A stretch of 62,578 bases of DNA from Rotaria socialis. Its lineage: Eukaryota. The DNA lies in NCBI GenBank assembly GCA_905331295.1, contig CAJNYD010000125.1, positions 62,001 to 124,578 of the forward strand. The letters are read 5' to 3'. The notes under the pieces were generated by a model. That model ran no database searches and was not told where the DNA came from. It saw only the letters and a program-made list of their open reading frames with translations. Positions 52,151 through 62,578 of this stretch are shown here, piece after piece. Position 1 is the stretch's first letter, and every line of letters starts with the position of its first letter. The position numbers and the translations under genes were made by a program.

Positions 52151-55100
52151 ATGCCGGAAACCATTGGTGACTATCAATATAGCAAACGGGATTTAATTGG
52201 ACATGGTGCTTTTGCTATTGTATTTCTTGGTCATACAAAAAGTGTATGTGGTCGGAATACATCAGTTTTAGTATATATATATCTATCTTTTTGTTGTTGT
52301 TTTTTATTTTTAAAGAATCCTGAACAGCAAGTCGCTATTAAGCAGATAACAAAAAAGCAATTAGCAAAATCACAAAGTTTATTGGAAAAAGAAATTAAAA
52401 TTCTTAAAGCAAGAAAAGAAAACAGACTTTAATATTTTAGTTAAATTTTTATCTTTTTTAGGAATTAACTAAACTGAAACATGAAAATTTAGTTGCACTA
52501 CTCGATTGCAAAGTAATATTTTAAATTCCTTTTTATTTCTCGTATTTGATTGTATGATGATTTCTACTTTTTTTTCTACCAGGAATCTCAAAATAATGTT
52601 TATCTTGTAATGGAGGTTTGTTAATAATTTTGTTTTTAAATTTACATTGATATACTAATAAATGTTGCGTTTTTATTGAATTTAGTATTGCAATGGAGGA
52701 GATTTAGCCGATTATCTTCAATCAAGACAAACTCTTAGTGAAGATACAATTGCTATTTTCTTTCGACAAATTGGTAAGAAATCATGTTTGTCTAATTCAT
52801 TATAATTAATTAATTTTTATTAGCTGCTGCAATTCGCGCCTGTCATGAACATAATGTTGTAAGTATATTTGGTTTTATTTACATATTTCATGAAAAACAA
52901 ATCTATATTACATCGTTAAGGTACATCGTGACTTGAAACCACAAAACATTCTTTTATCACATCCAGACAAAAATAATCAACGTGTACAAGATATTATATT
53001 GAAAATAGCTGACTTTGGTTTTGCTAGATTTTTATCTGATGGCGTTATGGCTGGAACATTATGTGGCTCGCCAATGTATATGGCACCGGAAGTGATTCGA
53101 TCATTACAATATGATGGTAAAGCTGATTTATGGTCAATCGGTACAATTATGTATCAATGTTTGACTGGTAAAGCACCATTTCAAGCACAAACACCACAAG
53201 CACTTAAACAATTCTATGAAAGAAATGTTAATTTATTACCAGCGTAAGTTTGAATTGAATATTCTTTCAACATTTTTTTTCTATACACATATAAAAAATT
53301 GAATCTTTCTATATTTAGAATTCCACCAGCAACTTCACGAGAATTAACTGATTTAATTGTTAGAATTTTAAAAAGAAATCCAAAAGAACGTATTGATTAT
53401 GAGGATTTTTTTGATCATCCATTTTTAGCGAAAAGTATGTTTGAGAAAAAACAGAAGCCAAATTGCAATCTTAATTATACTTAAATAATATGTTATAGGT
53501 CAACCTATACCAATATCATCAGGTCGCGCACAAACATCAGCTATGAGTATTATTAGTTCATCGCCATTACGTGAAGGAATTTTATCTCAAGTACAAGATT
53601 TTGTAAGTTTCATCTAGATATTTCCTAGAAAAAAAGAACATATTTTATATTGTCGTCAAAAAGGATTTAACAATGCCTCGGCAATTCAGCCGTCAGATTG
53701 ATCCTATTCCTGAATATGAACCAGATTTTATACCAACTATATTACCCACTACAGTACAATCACCAGCAAATAATCATCGTTCACCATCGCCAAATTCTGT
53801 AAATAATTTTGTTCCAGCTATTAATACAAATCGATCAATAGTTAAACATGTATCGAATCCAAGTATACCAGTATCTACAAAACAAGATGATTTTGTACTT
53901 ATACCTGAACATGTTCCTATTGAAAAAACTCTTCCAATTGGTAAACTATTTCAGTATAATTAATATGAGATAGAAACTTTTCTTTTCTTTTCTCAGGTGG
54001 TCATACATCATTTGCGCAACTTTCAAGAGAAAAACGTCTTATAAGAGAACAGCATCGAACATTATCGGAAGGCATTTTGTAAGTTATTTTACAGATGAAA
54101 AAAACAAAAAATTTGTTATGTTCTATGCGTTAAAGATGCTCAGAAGAACTGTCATCACAACGACCGGATAATCTTGCATTAATGGCTATAGAAAATACTG
54201 CTACAGTAAAAGACAATCGAACTTCCAGTATTACGCAACCAATACCAGTTCCATCACAAATTCATAATTATGAAAAAATGCAAGAATCTCGAGATCGTGT
54301 GAAAAATGTTGGTGCTACATCAGCTACTAGCCCAAATAGTAGTCCATATGATGGTATATCTAATTTCGATTTTCACAAAAAGCATCTTTGACTATTTTCT
54401 TTTTTAATTAGACCGTCGTACATCATTAGATCGACTACGTCAAGCAAGTATTGTTTCATCAAATTCGGATTTAGCTAATTCGATTAGCCCACCTGCTGTA
54501 CGATTTACGATCGATCCTACAAATGCATCAGCAAACCCATTTAGTTTAGTACCATCAACTCGTCGAACAGGTAACTATTTTTATTTGAATATTTTTAAAA
54601 ATCGAATCTGTCCTAATTTAAGATGCTACATCATCACCATCACGAACCATTCAACAATCAGCATCAAATTCAAGTATTGCTCAACAACAAAATTCGAAAT
54701 TGATTATTGATGTATCGCCACTTAAATCACGACAAAAACTAACTGATATAGATAGTAAGCATTCACTTTTTTGTTTCAAATTATTTTCATTGAAACTTTT
54801 TTATCAGATCCACACGATCGATTCTTTGAACAAGAAAATAATACTGTTTTTTTTGCAACGAATAATGATCAGCAAACAGCAACCGGACAACTTCGTCGAC
54901 GTGTTACTTCTATATTTGGTGATGCCAATCCTGACGGCCGTTATTTCGAACCTCAAAAAATTACAGACGATGCATTGATGGATGTATGTATTAATATAGT
55001 ATTATTTTTCTAACGAGAAAAATTATGCTTTTATTTTTGTAGAATGATCATCATGATACATTGAATAAGCTAGAATTTATTCTTCAACTAGTCGATTATA

Positions 55101-56424
55101 TATTAACTTTAGCAAGTTCACGAACAAGTTTATTAACAGAATCGTTCAGTTTAAATAATAAGAACAGTAATAATAATATACCACGACCTAAAATGGATCG
55201 TCTTAGTCATGTGGACAATTTATATAAACGTGCAGAACAATTAACACTTTATGTTAAAGCAATGCATTTTCTTAGTTCAGCAATGTGTCTTGCTCGGTAA
55301 TTTAGTTATACCGTTGAAGATTTTTTGTTTTTTTGCATATTGGAATGCTTTTTTTTTATCATTCTAGTGATACGCTCAAATCCGGAAAATTACATCCAAC
55401 AGCTAATGTTAGGTAAGAAATTATAATAGATATGCATATAATAGGAGACAAGCGCACATTTCTCTACAACGGTTTGTATATTAGAATGGACTATTACAGT
55501 AGATACCATGAGTTTTTTTCGTTCTAAATTTATTTTATATCGCTTATGTTTTGGGGTCTACTCGCTGTTTATGTCGTAAGATACAACTAAGGTAATAGCG
55601 TACATCTTTAAGATAGTTAAATTCGATCAGTAGGGTTATCATCATTTCAAGCATTGATTCATAAATGATTTTTAGAATTTATTATGTTGAATTTAAGTCC
55701 ACAATGCTTATGTTGACATGACTAGAGGAGTATGACATTTTGATTAAATTTTATGAGTAATAAAAAGAACAACTCTCAATAGCTTCTTTCTCGTCCTCTG
55801 TATGCCGTATTTCATGCATATGTAATATGATATGTGATAAGTGTTTAATTCTCCGAAGAGACAGTTTAAATCTGATTAATCTTATTTACATACATAGTAG
55901 TGATCTCGTCTAATCTATTTCTCTTTGAATGATTGACAAACAAATTTTTAAATAAAAATCACTTTTCTAAAAATGCTTTGCTTTCTTTTTCTTACAATAG
56001 AGATGCTGTTAGTAATTTAAATAATAAATATAAACATTGTTTAATAATGTGTAAACAATTAAGTGCACAAGAAGAATTATTAACACATGATGAAATGAAA
56101 GGTGTTACATTAACGGCCGATAAATTACTTTATTTGCATGCAATTGATCTTTGTTTAAATGCAGCTAGTTTAGAATTTTTTGGTAAAGCTCAAGAAGTAA
56201 GAGAATCATCTATTTCTTAGTAATATAATTTTTATTGTTTTTCCTTCTAGTGTATTGGACCATATACTCAAGCGCAAGTTTTGTTTCATAGTTTAAGTCA
56301 ACAAGCAACAACCGATTGTGATCGATCAATATTACGACAATATCGTGAAGCAGTCGAACGACGTTTACATTGTCTTCAAAATCAGGGACTTGTTGTACTT
56401 AATGAGCCATCAAGCGCATCTTAG
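52151..56424 (+). CDS. ULK1: ULK1/2 (Atg1/UNC-51) autophagy-initiating serine/threonine kinase; about 18 short exons
   Basis: METIGDY-like start, [53 protein letters not shown] motif [21 protein letters not shown] and a C-terminal MIT/EAT region ([11 protein letters not shown]...TADKLLY...VERRL). ULK1 versus ULK2 cannot be resolved for an invertebrate. Confidence 0.95.
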
Positions 56425-57075
56425 TGTTTTCTACCAAAGTTTTCTTTTGTGTGCTTCTGTTTATTAATTGCTTACTCTCTAGTCATTTATGTTTATATAT
56501 GTGTATCTGTAGATCTGTTATTGTTGTAGGTCATTGAGAGAGAGAGAGAACATGTCTATGAAAACAGTAGAACAATTCACAAGAGACAGATCATATAAAT
56601 AAATAAATAAATAAATATGTGTGCATGGGGGGAGGGGGGATTTAGCCGATTCGCTGAAATTGAAAATGTATCTTTGTAAATTAAAAATAAAATTCTTTGT
56701 CTATTTCATTTCTTTGAATTGAGCTATTCATTTTCAATATTTGTCTCGTTCAGATTTAACGATGTATTTCTATTCGAATCTTGTCCTGTCCTTTACTGTG
56801 ATTTGTCGATTTCAACGTTTTTTTTCTCTTTTTGTACATTTATCCTATCTAATATATATATATATATATATAGATGTATGTATGTATACCCCTGGTGGGT
56901 ATAACGCCTTTCTTTTTAATATTTATTTAATGTTGAATGTATGTGTGTCTATTGAACAATTTGCTTCAATTTCTTCTCTCTTCTTTTTCTATTACTTTGG
57001 CGATTTCAAGCAACAAACAAGCCACTTTAATATATTTGACATGTAACTTTTTTTTTCTTCTTCTGTAGATGGGAC

Positions 57076-58256
57076 ATGGATGATATACAAAGAGATCATG
57101 TTAGAACAACGAAAACTATGTCCGTTGGAATATATGGATGGAGAAAACGTTGTTTATACTGTCTATTGTTTGTTTTAACAATAGTTGTTTTGATTAATTT
57201 ATGTTTAACATTTTGGTTGTCAGTTGCTTTGGGTCTTCATTGGGTTTGTTTTGTTGAAATTTATAGGATTCTATTCATTGATTCAAATAAATATTTTTTT
57301 AGGGAAATATTGGACCTATTACAATATTTAAAAGTCATGTCATATTTCGATCGCCAGTTGTATTTAAAGATGGATTTATTGCAAACAAAATATCTAGTGG
57401 TGATCAAGTGAGAATGTCATTTAAAAAGCGGAATAGATTTACATATTTGTTTTTTGATGATTTTTCTTCTATAGTCGTTAAGTATTCAATCAGATAAAAG
57501 TGTGAACATTCAAAGTGGATCAGAAAATAAAAATTCAAAATTAACCATTGGTAAAAAATAATTTTATTTTTCAAAAACCGTTGTCCGTAATAAAGAAGTT
57601 TATCTTTTGTTTTTGTTTTATTATAAAATTAGATCAAAATGGAATTCATGCTAATTGTGACCAATTTCAAATAAATGATCGAACTGGTTCAAAACTTGTC
57701 GCTATTGATTCATCACAAATTCAAGTATATACTGATGATCTTTCAATTATGTCGGGTATGATTTATTGAATACTAAATTTTCTTTTACATTAACTAGTAT
57801 ATTTTAGACAAGAAACGATTGGAACTACCAAATTTAATAACAAATTCAATCAGTTCAGATAAAAATCTAAGGTAGATAAGCATTTAGATATCAATGGAAG
57901 TATTGTATATTTTCTTCATATTTAGTTTATCAGCAGATGAAGGTCGACTTATATTATCATCTAACAGTAATATTGATATAGCCGCTAGACAAACACTTGA
58001 CTTCGTTGGAAATGATATTACTATAAAAGCACATACGGTAAATAGTACAAATTACTGAACATACTTTAATATTTAATTTTATTAGATTCGTCTTCAAAAT
58101 GAACATATTTATTTTGAAAAATTACGTTTTTTTGATCGTGCTAAAGGACCAATAACCGCTCGTAGTTCACAATCCTACTCCGTATGTATATGCGAAAATG
58201 GTCTGGTCTTTGCTGCAGTTGATTGTCGTCAACATGCTTTCGATTGTCGCGAGTAA
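57076..58256 (+). CDS. Gamma/delta/zeta-type sarcoglycan (type II membrane protein); about 7 exons
   Basis: VGIYGWRKRCLYCLLFVLTIVVLINLCLTFWL signature and the C-terminal Cys cluster VCICENGLVF...C.....C. Confidence 0.88.
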
Positions 58257-58552
58257 TAGAAATATTTTAGTTCTGATATTTGTAATTTTTATATGCATTT
58301 ATTCATAAGCAAAACATGTTTTTTCCTCGTTGCTTTAGTTTTCCTTTGTTTTTTTTTCTGTTGTATTTCTGAAATATCTCAGGCAATGCTTCACAAAGAT
58401 TTATTCAATAATTAGTCATTTTTTTTGTATCTGAACTCTAAATTAATATTTGTCTGTAATGTTTTCTTAGTTTTGATAGTTAATAAAATTCAATATTGTA
58501 TCTATATCTATGTTTTTAAAATTAGAAACAATTCGAAAAACATCTTAGATAA

Positions 58553-60116
58553 ATGATGGGAGAATTAATTGAATTGCAAACACTTGAAGCATCGGATGAT
58601 CGAGTATGGTGTGTTGCTTGGAATCCAACAGGCACATTGTATGGTTCAACAAGGGTGTTATACAAGCAATGATTTTCATTACTTTTTTTTAGACTTGCTT
58701 CATGTGGTTCAGACAAAATCACCAAAATTTGGGGACGTGAAGGTGATCATTAATAAAATTTACTTTTGATTTAATTGATTCAGAGAAAACCTAGTTATGA
58801 TTATTCAAAAGAAAATAAATGATGATTGATTTTTAATGAGTAGATCAGTTTAGTATTGATAATTTATTGTTTTTGTTTATATATTCAGGAGAACGAAATT
58901 GGGTATGCAAAAGTACACTCAGTGACGGTCATACACGATCGATTCGTTCTGTAGCTTGGTCATATTGTGGTAATCGTATTGCATCAGCTGGTTTCGATGC
59001 TAAAGTATCAATTTGGGAGCGACAAGGTCAAGAATTTGTCTTACAAACAACATTAGAAGGTCATGAGAATGAAGTTAAAGATGTTGCTTTCTCGCACAGC
59101 GGACTTTATTTGGCAACATGTGGTCGAGATAAAAGTGTTTGGATTTGGGAATGTAAACTAATGTCTTTTTATTGTTTTGCTTTATCATATTATCCAATAT
59201 GAATATACTTCTTTTTTCTTTTTCTATGAAGATAATGAAGAAGAAAATGATTTTGCTTGCGCTGCTGTTCTAACAACACATACACAAGATGTTAAACATC
59301 TAAAATGGCATCCACACAAAGATGTAAAGATTTCTTTCTAAATTTTATTCACAATATAAACTATTTATTCAATCAGGTTTTAGTCTCGTGTAGTTATGAT
59401 GATACAATTAAAATGTTTATTGAAGATAATGATGATTGGTCTTGTGTATGCAGTTTAGGTATAAACACTATTGAATAGAATCATATTTCTGAACTAAAGT
59501 TCCTTCACTTTCTTTCGAACGAATAAGATTCACATACATCAACAGTTTGGTCTTGCGATTTCGATGCTACTGGAAAACGACTTGTTTCATGTAGTGATGA
59601 TAAAACAGTTAAAATATGGCATGCTTATGAAAAAAATAATCAAGAAGGTAAAATGATTAATAGAAATAATAATAATAATAGTAGTTTACGTCTTGATTGA
59701 AATCATAATTAAGGTATTCGTTCACCAAATGGTGTTTATCCAGTATGGAAGTGTGTATGTTCAATTAGTGGCTATCATAAACAGCCTATTTATGATGTGA
59801 AATGGTAATGTATTTATCTCTTCTTTTTAAATATAAAAACCATTATTATTATTATTATTATTATGGTTTTTGAAGGTGTCCTCTAACTGGTTTGATCGCA
59901 ACAGCAAGTGGTGATAATAGTATACGTATTTTTCGCGAAGAAGAATCAAAGCAAAGAGATGTTCCACCAAGTTTTTCATTGATTGCTTCAAATGCGCATG
60001 CACATTCACAAGATGTTAATCGAATAGCGTTTAATCCAAAAGAACCTGGTCTTTTAGCATCATGTTCTGATGATGGTACGGTTAAGCTATGGCGAATTGA
60101 GCAAAAATTAATGTGA
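58553..60116 (+). CDS. CIAO1: Cytosolic iron-sulfur assembly WD40 protein CIAO1; about 8 exons
   Basis: [100 protein letters not shown] and AHSQDVN...[11 protein letters not shown]. Confidence 0.95.
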
Positions 60117-60274
60117 TTGATTCCTTTTTTCTATGACTTTTTTTCGTAAAAATTTCATTATGTTTAGCTAATTTGTTTTTTAAATAAAATAAAAAGAAAC
60201 GGTGCATAAAAAAAAGATGTAATAATGTTTTCATCTATCGTATACAAACAAATATGGAATAAAATGAAAATGTT

Positions 60275-61200
60275 CTAGTTCATATCAATCAGTACTGCAT
60301 CATGTTTCGAGTCAGCATTTAAATGCATACTTGAACGCTAAAAAGAACCAAGTGAAATGTGTAGTTTTCATATGAAAAAGTTAAATACAATTTAATCTAC
60401 TTTTACTGGTATTTCACATAATTGGCTAGTGTTGTTTGATGTTTCAGACGAACGAATACTCAATCGAGTTTTTATTTCGCTGAGTAAATCAGATGCTATA
60501 TTCATGTGTGGGCTTCAAATGTCCGAAAAACATTTAGGTGACAAGAAATTTACTGCATGCTTACCTTGGTGATTTTGTTCGACTGATATTCAAACGTATC
60601 GTTTGTGGAGAATCTGTAATATCAAGACCTTGTCCAAGAGTTTGATTGTTAAGATATTCTTTTGAATTTAATGGGCATGGGCGTTTCGGAGAAGGAAACG
60701 TATAGGACACTGTTGCTTCATAAATATTATTTGTACGAGTAGATGATCCTTTGACTTTTCGATATCGATAAAAATTCGGCAATGGTTGTTTCGTTTCACT
60801 AATAACATCAATTTTTTATAATCACTAGAAAATAAAATATCTGATTTTACTTTCGAGATTTGTTAGCGTTTCTACAATAAACATGACAATAACAAATAAA
60901 AATAATAATTAATAATAATGCTAATAAAATAGCAAGTCCAATAAAAAACCAATGTAGATAATCAAATGGAACAAGTTGTGCGAGTTGATACAATTTATTA
61001 CTAGATTGCATTGTTGCTGATGAGGCTAATTTAATAAAAGTTTTTGTTGTTGGAATCGAAGCGATGGTTGTATGTGGTATCGATAAAATTTTTGTCTTTC
61101 CCGATGATAATAATTTATAATTATCTTGATAATGATACGTTTCAGGTTTATCATCATAGAGATCGTTATAAGTAAAAAAGCCCCTCGTCGTCATTTTCAT
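60275..61200 (-). CDS. Uncharacterised ~250-aa single-pass membrane protein; 4 exons (61200-60851, 60798-60565, 60512-60401, 60337-60275); further 5' exons possible
   Basis: TM helix WFFIGLAILLALLLIIIFICYC followed by a Cys/basic patch. Three 52-63 bp GT-AG introns join the exons in frame to the stop after ...DAVLIDMN. Confidence 0.7.
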
Positions 61201-62156
61201 GTGTTAAACAAATATCAGATGCGCATATATAAATGTTTCTTTTCTTTTTCAAACCAAACACGTTTTATGCATAAATACCCTGGACAGTATTGGAATATAT
61301 GGAGAAGAAACATCATTTTCTTTTCTTTATTAGCTATTCATTTCTTGTTTTATATTTGATAGTTGATATCATAAGCATACTGACATGAATGTTCAGTTTT
61401 TTTTTGTTAACTTTGCAAAGATTATCAATAATACATGAGAAATTATCTATCTTTGTTTTCGATTATAAGCTTAGAAATAAAAACAATTTCATTCGTCTTT
61501 CTTGTTTGTATGTTATTGCTATAAACTTTTATTTTAGTACTTAATTCGAAGCGATGCTTAGCTCAACAAGTGCTTAAATTTTGTTAAAAATCAAGTAAAT
61601 CTTTACAATGGATTAAATAATTATTTATTTATTCATAAAATTGTTACACTTATCTGATTTAGAAATATGAGTTGACTTATAAATTTTCTTTCGTGTACAT
61701 ATTATTCAAAAGAGAAGAAAACCGATTTTTCTATCATTGAACCGTATTGCACAGAGGAAGAAACAGGTCAAAACTAGATTACTCTCTTATTGTGTGAATT
61801 TCCATAATTTCACAAACGAAAGCATTTTTCTTGAAATGAACAGATATTCAATGCATCCGATCAAAGGTCTTTATAATCAATTTAATGTCACATATGCTAC
61901 AATGAAATTATTTTAAATTTATAGTTTAAATTTGCCTTACCGGAAAATTTCTATATTGACTTTTCTACTACTTCTCTTAGTTTTTTATTTTCTATACCAA
62001 AACACAATATTTTTTCACTAATATGCTTAAATACTTGTAGAACCCAAAATTCTTCATCTTCGCTCGGTTAAACACTACATTTCTAGAAAGTTTCAAATAA
62101 TTTTAAAAGTAAATATATACGAGTTGCTTGAGACCACCGTTTTTGTGACGCATAAC

Positions 62157-62332
62157 CAGACCCCGCGGAAGTGGGGGCCGGGAGGGGTGTACACCTCTCA
62201 ATAATTGAAGATTTTCAATTTTTCCCAGCGACAGGAGAAGATTTTTTGTAAGTTTTGAGCTTTTTTTTGCAAACTTTGTTGCAAACACCCCCCTTACAGC
62301 CCCCCAATATTAGGTCCTTCCCGCGGGCTCTG
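62157..62332. mobile_element. 176-bp hAT-like MITE with imperfect GC-rich TIRs
   Basis: Left end CAGACCCCGCGGAAG versus reverse-complemented right end CAGAGCCCGCGGGAAG. Flanks CGCATAAC and CGCACATC match at 6/8, consistent with a decayed 8-bp target-site duplication. GC-rich island in AT-rich DNA. Confidence 0.7.
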
Positions 62333-62578
62333 CGCACATCATGTCTGACTTGAAGTGTTTCGATATTCTTAATATTCATGTAGAGCCATGCGAAGCGAAT
62401 CTAGAAAGTATTTTGCACTTTTGCTTTCACGCTCAATATCTTTTTTTTTACTTCAGATGATAGAAAAATATTTTCTTCACAAAGCATGTAGAGCAAACAT
62501 TTTTCTTTAATTTTGTGTTTTCAGTTTTTCAAAATCTTGTCGGAGACCGACTCTACGCTAGTTTTCCCAAGAGCCCTA

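Noticed and set aside
1..62578. Horizontally acquired bacterial or fungal genes, tRNA/rRNA or spliced-leader RNA genes
   Set aside because: All identifiable genes are typical metazoan families, nearly all intron-containing. No structured RNA gene was recognised by eye, and a covariance-model search would be needed to exclude one.

Overview
AT-rich, gene-dense eukaryotic (metazoan) DNA with many ~50-65 bp GT-AG introns. It is most consistent with a bdelloid-rotifer-type invertebrate genome, which is inferred from composition, intron size and gene content and not confirmed. Hand splicing supports about 17 protein-coding genes, in order: split-ends/SPEN (5'-truncated), a TIAM/still-life Rac GEF, a head-to-head ciliary pair (CFAP97-domain gene and CIMIP2C/FAM166C), an orphan with a 20-aa tandem repeat, a mucin-like protein with ~10 chitin-binding domains, a DED-type caspase, PPTC7 phosphatase with an antisense gene nested in an intron, PDIA6 head-to-head with MDH2, TMEM258, ULK/Atg1, a sarcoglycan, CIAO1 and an orphan single-pass membrane protein. 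There are also two non-autonomous inverted-repeat elements (one with 130-bp CAC-terminal TIRs, one hAT-like MITE) and a 91-N assembly gap. No prokaryotic, CRISPR or RNA-gene features were recognised. I found no clearly new multi-gene system. The best leads are the nested antisense gene, an in-frame micro-exon carrying a PDIA6 catalytic cysteine, the divergent caspase, the Transib/RSS-like TIRs and a possible trans-spliced gene cluster. Exon boundaries were read by eye and may be off by a few bases.
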